A DNA stretch of 63,663 nucleotides, counting the filler, from Squatina squatina (taxonomy: Eukaryota), in the NCBI GenBank assembly GCA_031763465.1. It is 4 parts of 4 records of this genome, joined end to end, with 100 filler letters (N's around TTAATTAATTAA, not from the genome) between each part and the next. Parts side by side here need not be neighbours in the genome. Positions count along the whole stretch, not along the records: positions 17,478 to 37,387 come from JARFOE010000013.1; positions 37,488 to 51,440 come from JARFOE010000001.1; 2 more parts are not named here. One strand, given 5' to 3'. Under the pieces are notes generated by a model. The model made no database searches and was not told the DNA's origin. It saw nothing but the letters and a program-made list of their open reading frames with translations. Of the stretch, positions 27,279 through 40,180 are shown piece by piece (position 1 is the stretch's first letter; each line of letters starts with the position of its first letter). A program made the position numbers and the translations under genes.

Positions 27279-28050
27279 CTAAGAAACTATAATGAAATAT
27301 AATTTGTCAGAAGAGTAATGTCAGTCTTTGATTGAATGGAATATGTTCAAATCATATCTACACACAATCGATTTTATTATTGTTTATGCAAAATGAAATT
27401 AGATAGGATCCATTACAAAAAAATAGTTATGAATAAAACAAAAATCCTTAATGGAGCCAAGGAGAGGGAGCTCACCTTGTAGACTTGCAAAAATGATACG
27501 GTTTATATGCACTCAATGAACAAATCAGAAACGATGCTTTAGTTGCTGTATCTGAATAGCAGAAGTCAAACTGACATTGGTGTAACTTGGTGTGGCTTTA
27601 CAGAAATATCTGGCTCTGTGCTATTCAACAGCCGGGTATAAACACAGGAAAAAAAAAGAGAAAGCAAACACCTGTCTCTCAGCCATGGGAAAATTCTGCT
27701 TACATTACTAAAAGCCAGAGACCACAGGGTCTCCTTAATCGGACACTTTTCAGCTGTTAATAAATGTGAATGGTGTTTACCTAACTGCATATGATTTTGT
27801 GATCTATTAGCAGGTAGGACAGAACTTCAGCGATTATGTGTAACATAAGACTACTGTTCGAAATCTGTAATTGACTTATGAGTCCGGCACTACTAACAAA
27901 GCCATTTCTGTGGCACCATTTTCTACACCACATCCGTAACAAACAAGAATCTATTTCCCACTACTTTCATACAAAAATAAGTTTATACTTCTTTACAATA
28001 CAATGAAGCCCTCAAAATTAATCATTAAAAAACTGTTCCAATACATGTAA

Positions 28051-28130
28051 GGTGGCCAATTCGGGTTTTTAAAGTTTCTAGCACTAAGCGCCGAATTTAG
28101 CGCTGGAAATGGGACTCTTTGAAAATTTTC
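28051..28130 (+). mobile_element. left end of a non-autonomous Harbinger-type DNA transposon
   Basis: GGTGGCCAATTCGGG terminus, nearly identical to 52828-52910. Confidence 0.6.
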
Positions 28131-29135
28131 NNNNNNNNNNNNNNNNNNNNNNNNNNNNNNNNNNNNNNNNNNNNNNNNNNNNNNNNNNNNNNNNNNNNNN
28201 NNNNNNNNNNNNNNNNNNNNNNNNNNNNNNTACAATTGACAGGCAATCTGCTCTACCAGATCACTGCCCAGGCAGTGAAGACAAAAAATTACTCCCTTGT
28301 TTCAGATATAAATCTAGTTGAATCCCAATCATGAATTGTAATCAATAAAAGCTCGTAATTCATACACTGCCATTTGAAAAGATATGACTCCAAACCAGGC
28401 AAACTCCAAACTACAGATCAGTTGATGCATACTTGCTGGCTCTCAGTCCCTATATATTATTGCTGTTACTGTTTTTAGTCTTGGCTCTGCATGCTTGCAT
28501 TTTCCCTTATCTTTTGTTTAGTTCTTTTTATTTAGTATGATAAATGCTAAGTAGAAAAGTGTTAACAAATAATAAAATAGCACCTTATGGTCAAGAGCAG
28601 GGTGCATTGTTTCAGAATTAATTGAAGGCCTTCAGGAGCTGCGCTTTCACAATACAGGCTGTATATCTCCTCAGAGGCTGAGAGTTCCAGGCGGCCATAA
28701 TAACTCACACCAACAAAGCTCATGAGTCAGTGAGACCTTTTCTTCTTGAAAGAATTGTTGTATTTTACCAGCATAACATATCCTCCATACATCACATGCT
28801 TTTATCTTTTGCAATACTTCCAACAAGCCAACTTTTTTTTTTAACTGACACATGTGCATATGTTGCTAAGCAATGCAAACCTGTTGGCTAATTATGTTTA
28901 ATCAATGTGTTGGTACTGTTACCAAGTTCCAATGAATTTGCTCCTGAATTACTATTTCTATACATTCCAATCTGATATGTTTTTAAGGAAATGTGGAGGC
29001 GAGGACACATTACATTGCCATTACTCATGTATACANNNNNNNNNNNNNNNNNNNNNNNNNNNNNNNNNNNNNNNNNNNNNNNNNNNNNNNNNNNNNNNNN
29101 NNNNNNNNNNNNNNNNNNNNNNNNNNNNNNNNNNN

Positions 29136-29393
29136 CTTTGACGCCTCACAAACTCAGACCAATTCTCTTGGCGGGCGGCCAGTTTGGGCGCCGCGCCCCC
29201 TGATGACGTCATTGAGTCAAGTTTAAGGCCGAAGCTGCGTTTTCAGCGCTCCACGATCACCGCTCATTTAGCGCCATCTTTAGCCTCACACCAATTGTGC
29301 TTCATTGCATTTAGCGCCAAAAATGGGCGTTAGACCCCTAACGCCCATTTAACGCCCATTTAGCGCTATCACTCATTGACCAATTGGGCGCCC
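29136..29393 (+). mobile_element. right end of a non-autonomous Harbinger-type DNA transposon
   Basis: CpG-rich, with repeated TTTAGCGC subterminal motifs, and ends CCAATTGGGCGCCC. Related ends lie near 45758 and 46134. Confidence 0.6.
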
Positions 29394-30279
29394 TCTGATT
29401 TTTATTGATGCACCTAAGAATATTACTTTTCATTAAGATTTTGCATGGAGGCAAAATTAATCTGCAAGCACTGACATTAAACGAGCAGTCATTTTGCAAC
29501 AATGATGACTGATGCAGATTTGCATAGTGACAAATGGTCAAGGGCAGGCCCAGAACTCAATGCATATTATCAGCTTTTGGTTTACAACAATAGTACTTAA
29601 TTGATTTTTCACTCCACCTTCAATTTTTTTTTTAAAAAGCAATTAACAAAGACAAATATTTAGTAGAATTAAGTTTACAACAGATATCTATGATGTTTGC
29701 TGAGCACAGACTACAATAAAGCTCTGAAAAATTGATTTCTTACTCCTATGTGCCTGTTTATGCATGCCTCACGTTAGAACTGTGTACAGGCCAAAGTTCA
29801 TTTTTATCATTACTGCAGTGTGGTAAACAACTCTACACTCGTGCCCTTTGCTCCTCGACAAATCATTCACAGTTGCACAATTTATGACCAGTTTGCTTCA
29901 ACTGAAAAAAAAACTGCATTAGATGTGCCCATGAGGTTTGCTGATTGCTTCATTTCCTTTTTATTAAAAAGACATATCTGAGGATGCCTACTCATGAGAC
30001 ATGTTAGCATTCTCAGAGTAAAGGAACTTGCATGGAAGGAAAAAATATTCTAAGGCTTTGTTACATTAGACATTAGAAACATTGACCTATATCCAGAACA
30101 CGGGGATCGACAAAGAGAAAAACATCAGTTCTGTTAAGAGAGGAATAAGAAGAGAACCTGGAAGATCTGTTTCATTTTACTGGTCATGATACTACCCACA
30201 GACTATGTTATGATAATTTTGCAAAGTGAATGATTTCATGTTGAGTGCTGATGAATAACTAGAAAGCTCGGCCAAAAAT

Positions 30280-30718
30280 GGCGGTGCCCTAGTCTGGTTC
30301 ATCCATCACCCTGTACTCGCTGACTTACATTGGCTCCCATTGCACCAATGCCTCGATTTTAAAATTCTCATCCTTGTTTTCAAATCCCACAAAGGCCTCG
30401 GCCCTCCCTATCTCTGTAATCCCCTGCAGCCCAACAACCCTACAAAAACTCTGCATTCCTCCAACTCTAGCCCCTTGTCCATCCACGCCTTCCTTCACGC
30501 CCCCCATTGGCGGCCATGCCTTCAGCCGTCTATGCCTTAAACTCTGGAATTCCCTCCCTCTCACCCTCTCCGCTTCTCTTCCTTTAAGATGCCATTTAAA
30601 ACCTACCTATTTGACCAAACTTTCTGCCTTCTTTGGCTCGGTTGTCAATTTTTATCTGATTATGATCCTGTGAAGCCTTAGGATGTTTTGGTACATTAAA
30701 GACACTGTACAAGTGCAG
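30280..30718 (+). mobile_element. L2 LINE 3' end
   Basis: ITPVLADLHWLPLHQCLDFKILILVFKSHKGLGPPYL and LWNSLP, followed by a typical L2 3' tail. Confidence 0.88.
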
Positions 30719-32489
30719 NNNNNNNNNNNNNNNNNNNNNNNNNNNNNNNNNNNNNNNNNNNNNNNNNNNNNNNNNNNNNNNNNNNNNNNNNNNNNNNNNN
30801 NNNNNNNNNNNNNNNNNNTGGAGCTCTGACTGTTGAAAGAAATTTCCGCCCACTAGTCTTTCATTGATAGCTGGGAGCAAGTCTGAATGTGCTAATAATG
30901 TGAAAAGTGCATTGCTGGAATGTATGCATTCATAACCCAATAAAATGGTGGCAGCTGTTTGCATTGCCACACTACCTCTGTTGCCTCCAAGACCTTAGTG
31001 TAAAACTAACTCTTGAGCTGGTTCTCCATTTTCCTGTAAACAGTAGTATCCCTTAATTTACTGGCAGCAGAACTGTGAGGTAAATGATAAGATACCACCT
31101 CTTTGTGTCAACCTTTATCAAATTTAAATAATACCATTAATTAGAGTTGATGAACTTTGGTTGCCAAGAAAACACATGAATTGTACTAAGGTCACAGAAA
31201 ACATAACGTTCAAATGTTAAATAAAATACCCAACAGGCTGCACCCATGCCAGTTATTGTTACGAAGCACGATGAAATTATAATACAAAAATTCTTATTGT
31301 TAAACAGACAATTCTGACTCCTTTGAATTTGAATGATATACCACCATAAATCCAATCAAAAAAAATCTGTTCTCTATCATATAAAGACATACAAATATAA
31401 AAGACCATTGTTCCAGTGAGATTTAACCCTTACTAGTTCACAAACATAAAATAATTTCTTCTCAAATGCCTTCATCAGAAATCTGATAGGATCATTTCAC
31501 ATTTTACTGAAAATTGTTTATAACTGGTAATAGAACAATGAAGTATAAGGTGAAGCACCAATAATATTTTCGAAAAAGGACACCTTTTAATCTATTTTCA
31601 AGGAACAAATAACAATACAAGCAATGACATACACCTTTAAAAATGCATGGACCGGCCTAAACACCAGTTTGTCTTTTTTTATACACTTTGTATTACCAAA
31701 GCCAAACAATCCTCAGACAATTGTTTCAGAAAAGTATTTACAATTCATCACATAGGTAGTAAAGTTTGCATTTCATTTCGTCTTGCATATATTTAACCTA
31801 TAGCCAGGCGATATTTTTGTGTTTTTCTTTACAAAACTTACAAAAGGTAATGCAACAACGAATTTACCTGAGAGGAAATTTGTTCTTAACAATAATGTTT
31901 CTTTTCCCAAACTACCAAAAAGACTATACGGATGATTCTTAAAACACAGAAAATGAATAAAGTATCCTGTTGCAGATACTGACTTTGCTATCGTCTTTAA
32001 ATTACGTAAGTACCATTAACTTAGAAGGTTTACATTCATTGCTAAAAGAAGGTTGTTTAATTTTGAACCATTTTGATTTAACACTGATTGTAGCACTTTG
32101 TTTTATACAATGAAGTTGTTAATATGTGGAAGAATACATCCGCTTGTTACCCTGTTTCAAAAACATTAACCAGTATCAAGTCAATGACTGCAATGGGATC
32201 ATTCAGAATTCACATTGCATAAACTAACCTTCATTGTCAGTGTGTCATTGCAAACATAATTTATTTCCTTACAGAATCGTTGTAGGAACAAACTGGAACA
32301 GTAATGTGGGAGGCTTGTTTCCATCAGTCTCGCTNNNNNNNNNNNNNNNNNNNNNNNNNNNNNNNNNNNNNNNNNNNNNNNNNNNNNNNNNNNNNNNNNN
32401 NNNNNNNNNNNNNNNNNNNNNNNNNNNNNNNNNNNNNNNNNNNNNNNNNNNNNNNNNNNNNNNNNNNNNNNNNNNNNNNNNNNNNNNNN

Positions 32490-32626
32490 GGCAGCTTTAC
32501 TGGCTGCTGGAGGACGTGCCTTTCCTTGGAGATAGGGAAGAAATTATGTTCAGAGATGTGCTGTTATCTGACTCCATGGAGCTGTTCATCATCAGTCCAC
32601 ATTGGCTGCTGGAAAGGTTGATAGTC
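32490..32626 (-). other. candidate terminal exon of an unidentified gene
   Basis: Long polypyrimidine tract, TACTGAC branch-like motif and TTTGCAG acceptor. It reads DYQPFQQPMWTDDEQLHGVR* (phase 0) or TINLSSSQCGLMMNSSMESDNSTSLNIISSLSPRKGTSSSSQ* (phase 2). No homology recognised. Confidence 0.35.
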
Positions 32627-33737
32627 CTGCAAAGTTGGAGTCAGTAGAGAGAAAGGAGTAAGAGAAAGTTTGGCAAACAGCCTCTTCAATCAAAGCTTGT
32701 AAAAACTAGGAATATTTTATCCACTCTGCTATTATTGCTGCTTGTGTTTTTCCCCCTTCTTTAATTAGCAAAATATCTGAAAATTTGAAGAAGCTTGATG
32801 ATTTAAAATTATATATATAAAGAAGGGATGTCAAGTCTATCAATATCAAAGTGCCTCACCAATCCTATCTGACAGAACCACAAATCTCACATACAGAGCT
32901 TAGATTTACTTCTGCGTAGCCCTATTCTTTATATGCAAACTTAAGCGCACTGCTTTCTGGGTTGCTGCTTTCTCCTTGGCCTGACATTGCTAAGACAGAC
33001 TGGTCAACAAAGATTAGAGAAAGCATTAGACTACATCAAAGCTGAGTGGCTTGTCATACCATGGCACATAACTAAACAAATGTGCTTGGCTTCAAATAAA
33101 AATACAAAATCATTTAGTGAGAGGAAGGACTTACACTGCTCAGTCAAAGCTTCAACATTTTTTCTTTAATGAGCAGAGTATGTGAGTACAGTTACGTCAC
33201 TTACCTAGTATTTGGTGGAAGAATTAAAAGAAAAATTTTCATCAGTACTTCTCAGGTGAAAAATCAACTGAGTAGCAGCAAACTGTCTTACAAGTCACAA
33301 ATTCAGTTGTATATGAAATTTGGTAAGAAGAAGTAAGAGGTCCTTAACAGAACCTCTTCCTTTCTCAAGCATTCACCCAAAGAAAAATCCTGCAAGTGTG
33401 CAGGAGAGAGATGATCTGAACCTTGTCCTTTCTGACGCTGCTGATTAACTGTTCTGACCATGTGAACTGACAGAACATGAAAATTAGCTAATAGAGTTGA
33501 ACAAATAATTTGACTTCTTTTTATACATTTCCTGCAGATCAAACATGTCGCAAAGCTGTGATAAACTACTTGAACATGTTATAAAACCATGTGGTATCCT
33601 GAAAAATTGATTTCTTATCCTTGCTACTGTAAGGAATCAGAATATCAAAAGATCACAAGGTAAATACAGATGAGGGAGGCCTGTCTCATCTCATTTCAGC
33701 TCATCCAATGTGAAAAAACTGACATCCTCATCATCTA

Positions 33738-33897
33738 ATACAAAAGCAAAATACTGCGGATGCTGGAATCTGAAATAAAAACTGAGAGTGTTGGAAATAC
33801 TCAGCAGGTCAGGCAGCATCTGTGAAGAGAGAAACAAAGTTAGCGTTTCAGGTCGATGACCCTTCGTCAGAACTGGATAAAGGTAGAAATGTAGCAG
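33738..33897 (-). mobile_element. Penelope-like element 3' terminal repeat
   Basis: Reverse-complement copy of about 3060-3214 that runs into a long gap. Confidence 0.78.
33838..33876 (-). ncRNA. minimal hammerhead ribozyme-like motif
   Basis: The minus strand reads CCAGTT-CTGACGA-A-GGGTC(ATC)GACCT-GAAAC-GCT-AACT, with the CUGANGA and GAAA boxes intact. Confidence 0.65.
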
Positions 33898-34755
33898 NNN
33901 NNNNNNNNNNNNNNNNNNNNNNNNNNNNNNNNNNNNNNNNNNNNNNNNNNNNNNNNNNNNNNNNNNNNNNNNNNNNNNNNNNNNNNNNNNNNNNNNNNNN
34001 NNNNNNNNNNNNNNNNNNNNNNNNNNNNNNNNNNNNNNNNNNNNNNNNNNNNNNNNNNNNNNNNNNNNNNNNNNNNNNNNNNNNNNNNNNNNNNNNNNNN
34101 NNNNNNNNNNNNNNNNNNNNNNNNNNNNNNNNNNNNNNNNNNNNNNNNNNNNNNNNNNNNNNNNNNNNNNNNNNNNNNNNNNNNNNNNNNNNNNNNNNNN
34201 NNNNNNNNNNNNNNNNNNNNNNNNNNNNNNNNNNNNNNNNNNNNNNNNNNNNNNNNNNNNNNNNNNNNNNNNNNNNNNNNNNNNNNNNNNNNNNNNNNNN
34301 NNNNNNNNNNNNNNNNNNNNNNNNNNNNNNNNNNNNNNNNNNNNNNNNNNNNNNNNNNNNNNNNNNNNNNNNNNNNNNNNNNNNNNNNNNNNNNNNNNNN
34401 NNNNNNNNNNNNNNNNNNNNNNNNNNNNNNNNNNNNNNNNNNNNNNNNNNNNNNNNNNNNNNNNNNNNNNNNNNNNNNNNNNNNNNNNNNNNNNNNNNNN
34501 NNNNNNNNNNNNNNNNNNNNNNNNNNNNNNNNNNNNNNNNNNNNNNNNNNNNNNNNNNNNNNNNNNNNNNNNNNNNNNNNNNNNNNNNNNNNNNNNNNNN
34601 NNNNNNNNNNNNNNNNNNNNNNNNNNNNNNNNNNNNNNNNNNNNNNNNNNNNNNNNNNNNNNNNNNNNNNNNNNNNNNNNNNNNNNNNNNNNNNNNNNNN
34701 NNNNNNNNNNNNNNNNNNNNNNNNNNNNNNNNNNNNNNNNNNNNNNNNNNNNNNT

Positions 34756-34975
34756 TACCTGGTCTGGCCTACATGTGACTCCAGACCCACAGCAATGTGG
34801 TTGACTCTTAGCTGCCCTCTGAAATGGCCTAGCAAGCCACTCAGTTGCAAACAACTGATACTGCAGCGATTCAAGAAGGTGGCTCATCACCACCTTCTCA
34901 AGAGCAACTAGGGATGGGCAATAAATGCTGGCCTGGCCAGCAACGCCCACATCCCAGGAACGAATAAGTAAAAAG
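34756..34975 (+). mobile_element. LINE-tailed retroposon 3' end (SINE-like or internally deleted LINE)
   Basis: Ends in RFKKVAHHHLLKSN* then GGATGGGCAATAAATGCTGGCCTGGCCAGC and an A-rich tail, recognised as a common elasmobranch repeat. The family is not assigned. Confidence 0.6.
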
Positions 34976-35164
34976 TTAAGAGGTTGGCCGGTAGAACTGC
35001 ATCTGAACAAGAGACTTTTTTCCTGGCTGTGCTCCTTATTTTCAGAGCTGGGAATGCTAAACTTCCCAGTTTTGTTTTACTTCAGCAATATCAAAATAAA
35101 ATGGTGGTGGGTCTCTTTTTCTCTTTGAGTGAGAAACAGGAAATGTTTGCTGTGCAAAACTTAC

Positions 35165-35286
35165 CCCTGAAGCTGCGACTGTGGTTTGGCCAGAAGGCGA
35201 GCCGCTTTTGACTCTGGGTATCTCCTCCTGATTAGACGCAGAAGACGATGAGGAAGTTGGAGTCATTGTGACTGTATTGCTTGTGC
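35165..35286 (-). CDS. GATA6: GATA6-like exon, Ser/Thr-rich region
   Basis: TTTTGCAG acceptor and GTAAG donor, 122 nt, phase 1 to 0. Reads (S)TSNTVTMTPTSSSSSASNQEEIPRVKSGSPSGQTTVAASG. MTPTS and the terminal ASG match GATA6. Confidence 0.85.
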
Positions 35287-35381
35287 CTGCAAAATATTTT
35301 GTCAGCCAGTCAGTCATCTTGTTGAAGGTGGTATTTTATACTTATTTTCAAGGTCCTTTCAACTAGTAATCTCAGACTCAC

Positions 35382-35469
35382 TTGAAGTGCTCTTGGACTT
35401 GTTTAAATTCTTGGGTTTTCTTTTTCTAGTCTGGATTCCTTCTTTCTTCATTGCCAGAGGCCGTGGTAC
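35382..35469 (-). CDS. GATA6: GATA6-like exon, basic region/NLS
   Basis: 88 nt with AG and GTGAGT sites. Reads [29 protein letters not shown], diagnostic for GATA4/5/6. Confidence 0.92.
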
Positions 35470-35930
35470 CTATGGGTATAAATGAAAATATGTTTTTAAA
35501 AACTGTAACTGGTTATGTAATGACCAACTAAGAAATAATATAATCAACCATTTTAAACTGAAAAAATTTCATTTTAGCAGACTGTGAAATGTTTGTTTAA
35601 ATGATTATATAGTTTTATGTTAATAAAATAAATGTTAAATAATAAAATAAAATAATTATTGTTACATACAGTGGAATGTATGTGCAAAATTAGGTGCAAA
35701 AGATACAAAATAATAGAATCTAAAGCATAGGTGTCTTAACAGGAGCCAAACAAGGCAGTCTAAAATATTTCCTTTTTCTCTTGATGTTATTATCATATGA
35801 GGTATATTGTTACCAATTTCAAAACAAATCAGTTTATTTGTGTTTTCAACAGATGAGACACAATCATTATACAGTTTACACATCTGCTGATGAACAGCAA
35901 AGTCTTGATTCCATCTGGAGCGAATTCCTA

Positions 35931-36131
<201 letters not shown>

Positions 36132-36744
36132 CTACAAGAGAATGACACACAAATAACCAGACCATTATAATCATGATGCACAAATAATTGAAGGTTACAA
36201 TTATTATACAGTTATAATTAACTTATAGTTAATACCATCACGTTGGACTTCCAAAATTGCTCAGAAATTGGCTGCAAAGTTTAATCTGGTGAAGCAAGGT
36301 CAAAACTTAGAAATTATTTCATATTTAGACATGTTATGCACCTCCAGAAATAAGGGGGTGGGATAATAATCAGGCTGATGTAACCATTTCTAAATGTTAT
36401 TTATACATAGTGCAACACTAATTTAATAGGCACTACATGTGGAAATATATTATAAGCTTTTTATTCCACTAGTGAGGTTGACAACAAACCATAGGCAAGT
36501 TACACACAGGGTGTGTTTTCATTCCCTCCACTTGAATAGGCTCTTGTACCACGGTGCCAGTTTGCTCATCTACCTTCAGATTTTGCCCTCATCCAGGCAG
36601 CAAGAACCTCATCCCTGTTGGATAAGGCAAAGGCTGAGGCTCCTCCAGCACTGCGCCTGGGATCCCCTTACCTGCCTGAGTTGCAGTCATACACACCTGT
36701 CCCTGACTACTAACCAGGCCTGTACCACTATCTAACCTAAGGGG

Positions 36745-36893
36745 CGTGCGAGGGAGAAGGGAATAGAGGGTTATGCTTATAGATTTAGATGATGAAAGAT
36801 GGGAGAAGGCTCGAGTGGAGCATAAATGCTGGCATGGATTGGTTGGGCGGAATAGCCTGTTTCTGTGCTGGAAATCCTATGTAATCTTATGTA
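36745..36893 (+). mobile_element. CR1-type 3' end
   Basis: TTGGGCGGAATAGCCTGTTTCTGTGCTG followed by a short (TATGTAA)-type terminal repeat. Confidence 0.7.
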
Positions 36894-37245
36894 AGGTGGC
36901 ATCATCAGAATAGATGTGACGCAGACTGAGAAACTGGGAGAATGGAATAGAGTCCTTTCAGGAAGCTGGGTAGGAGGAAATATAAGTTGATGGGCTTAAA
37001 GTAGATATTGGTCGACAGTCTATTCCTAGAAATGGAGATAGAGAAGTTGAGGAAGAGAAGGGAAGAATTGGAAATAGACTATGTGAAGGCAAGAGAAGGG
37101 TGGAAATTAGAAGCAAAGTTGACATTTTCTAGTTTGGGAAGAGAGCAGGAAACGACATCGAAAGTCATCAATGTACTGGAAAAAGAGGTGAGGGAGGGGA
37201 CCTGTGTAGGACTGGAACAAAGACTGTTACACATATTCCACAAAA
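36894..37245 (-). mobile_element. Penelope-like reverse-transcriptase fragment (decayed)
   Basis: QSLFQSYTGPLPHLFFQYIDD (YIDD at 37164-37175), NFASNFHPSLAFT, SISNSSLLFLNFSISISRNRLSTNIYFKP and DSIPFSQFLSLRHIYSD, with stops and frameshifts. Confidence 0.85.
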
Positions 37246-37255
37246 TGTCATTGAG

Positions 37256-37387
37256 ATTAATTGTCATTTAATCTCTCCTGTCTTCCACCCTATCACAGAC
37301 CTTCCCTTTTGTTCTTTCCTCAACATCCCCCTTTCACAGCCTCTGTACTTGCTTAAAACCTGTTACATCTCTAACCTTTCCAGTTCT
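37256..37387 (+). mobile_element. Penelope-like 3' terminal repeat, cut by the linker at the start of the hammerhead core
   Basis: Close copy of about 2960-3088. Confidence 0.78.
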
Positions 37388-37487
37388 NNNNNNNNNNNNN
37401 NNNNNNNNNNNNNNNNNNNNNNNNNNNNNNNTTAATTAATTAANNNNNNNNNNNNNNNNNNNNNNNNNNNNNNNNNNNNNNNNNNNN
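37388..37487. other. artificial scaffold linker N44-TTAATTAATTAA-N44
   Basis: Spacer at 37432-37443. Confidence 0.95.
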
Positions 37488-38136
37488 CAGTGCCCCCACT
37501 GCGTGTACATTTTATCACTTGAGTGCGTGGTAATAATAAAATGGGAAAGAACAAGTGGACACACAATAAAACCCTATTAAATTACACATAAAGCTGATCT
37601 GTTGTCAGTATCAGTACACTAATTGTGAAAAGTGAACTATTTTCCAGAATATCTCAACATGATACATATTTTGGTTTCAGTCAGATCACCGTCCAAATTG
37701 ACTTAGTTTTGCTTTCTTGTCCCAAGTCAGATTAACACTCTGCTAATGTAATTTTGATGGAAGTGTACTCGCATATCTAACCTTATCTCTAACCAGAACA
37801 AGACTTCACCAGCTGTAATTAATGACAAGCTGTAATCCTATTCCCCAAAGCTGCACCAATACTCTGTTGCTGCAATCAGTTCCCTCCAATGAGTAGTGCA
37901 GCAATTCCTGATAGGAACAAACACAATGCTTCAGACTTGGGATTCTGCCTGTTCATATTTTAATTTCCCATATCATAGCAAACAGCTGAATAATTAATAT
38001 AATGAAGTACAACATTTTGAAATGGTTTTTGTTATGNNNNNNNNNNNNNNNNNNNNNNNNNNNNNNNNNNNNNNNNNNNNNNNNNNNNNNNNNNNNNNNN
38101 NNNNNNNNNNNNNNNNNNNNNNNNNNNNNNNNNNNN

Positions 38137-38510
38137 ATTCTTTGCAACAGTATATACTTCTTTTAATCTAATACTTTTCTTAACTTCTTTAGTTAGCCAC
38201 TGATCACTTTTTCAGTGGAATTTTTATTTCTCAATGGAATGTATAATCGTTGAGAATTTTGGAATAATTGTTTAAATGTTTGTCACTGCTTATCTACTGT
38301 CATACCTTTTAATCTAATTTCCCAATCTACCTTCACCAACTTGCCACTCATACCTACATAATTGGATTTATTTAAGTTTAAGATTCTTGTCTCAGATTTA
38401 AATATTTCACTCTCAAACTCAATGTGAAATGAATTCATATTATGATGATTCCTCCCCAGAGAATCCTTTACTATGAGATTACTAATTAACACTGTCTCAT
38501 TACCTAATAC
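38137..38510 (-). mobile_element. CR1 ORF2 fragment (end of endonuclease and linker)
   Basis: LGRNHHNMNSFHIEFESE...RILNLNKSNYVGMSGKLVKVDWEIRLKGMTVDKQ resembles CR1 LGxSDHNMIEF...LNxxKANY...VDW. Confidence 0.8.
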
Positions 38511-39604
38511 AAGGATGTTGGTCTCAATCTCTTTTGCTCTATTATACTGGTCACTTACCCACACAGCTTTGAATCGTCAACAAATGTGATATTTTCTCCT
38601 CCCTATTATTAAAAGAAAAAGAACTAATTTACCTAAAAAAGGCAAATATTTTCCAGAAAAAGTAACTATGCAATTAAGGATGGGGAGAATTACACTGGGT
38701 CCACTAATTTTACTATTTTCTCTGTAATATATAAATGGACAGTGATAGAACACCATCTCAAATTTTATAAAAATGCACAGAAATACATGGTTGGATACAG
38801 TCAAGCTTATATGTATATCTGTGCACAGACTAATGAAATCTGTTCCTGCAACAACTGCATTAAAAATAAGCTGGTAAAATTCTGTGTTTGGAACCTCTGA
38901 GATTCAGCTTCGGGTGGGTTTAATAGTTCAATTATTTCTGCATCCCCAGACACTTCCATACTGAGCTGATATGAAAGATTGGAATTCAACCATTGCACTA
39001 AAGGTAAAGCTCAATCTTGCCTTATTTATTGGACTTACAACCACAAACACCTTTCAGCCTCCAGTGCGTTATTTAAAGTCTATTCATCTGGAACAGATTA
39101 GCCAGAAACCTTGCTGCCTCTATAAATATTATGCAACCTACACAAAATATAAATCAGGAAAATGTGTTTAAAAAACAAGTTTTAGGCAAGCACTTACTAT
39201 TTTTATTAATAATCATACCATTGATATTTGATGCTCCTAAATGTGCTGTCAATTTGTAGGGGTATAGGTGTTTGTATTATTTTAAAAGAAGTGTAAAAAG
39301 TTCTCTTATCACAGGGTTTCCATCATTTCTCTTATCAGGCCATTGATGGACAGTTATGTTTCAATATTAAATTGTCAAAGGATATAGTTATATAATAGTG
39401 ACATATCTTGGAGAAATATTGGCATATCATAATTCTGGCTGGATAACTGGCTAATGCTCAACTTATATAAATTGGTTAGCTTCATGTGGTATCACTGCTT
39501 GTCAGCACATCCCCAGAAAATCATTGTATTGACCTCAGCAAGGAAGATTTCCTCTGCAAGCTATCTGCAATATAACTGAAAACACATTCTTTATAAATAC
39601 ATTT

Positions 39605-40180
39605 AGCAGTAGCATATACAAATCTCCGATCCATATAGTAAGGTGGTGAGAACTACAGCTTGGTAGATAGTGACTTTTGTTGGCAGACTAACCCCTCTTC
39701 CCTGCCAGAGCCTCCGCTCGAATTTGCCAAAGGTAGAGTTGGTCCTNNNNNNNNNNGGCTGCTTAATTCCAATGTTCTCAAGTGCTACAATATAACTGAA
39801 ATTGAGGCTATGATCAAAACATCCAGCTGCGCACATGTCTGATTGTAGAATTCCCAAAGCTGTATTCTGTGGCGTGCTGTTGTTCGAATATCACAACAGT
39901 GGTGGGCAGATAAATCGCAATAAAGACACACTAAAGGTCACCTTGCAATATTAACCCCAACACCTGGGAAGACACAGCCACTGAGCACAATGGCACCGTA
40001 TCCGCCAGGTATGTTTGAATGAACTTGTGGTTGTGAGGTTGCAAGACCTGGCTGTTAAGTGCACAAAGCAACTCATCTACCCACCTCGTTTGGCTTTCAA
40101 TGTGATATGTGCAGCATACGTCATCAGAGGACCCACGACAACTGAGAATCATTCATCAATTGGACGGAACCCTATCATTG
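39605..40180. mobile_element. old RTE LINE with an inverted 5' segment
   Basis: Minus 39605-39746 reads FGKFERRLWQGRGVSLPTKVTIYQAVVLTTLLYGSE. Plus 39757-40180 gives the downstream motifs NSNVL...IEAMI, RIPKAVF, GGQ and DTLK. Confidence 0.7.

Noticed and set aside
33691-35010. Longest ORFs in the track (439 aa, 318 aa and other X-rich ORFs)
   Set aside because: They are open only because N runs contain no stops, and the flanks are repeats.
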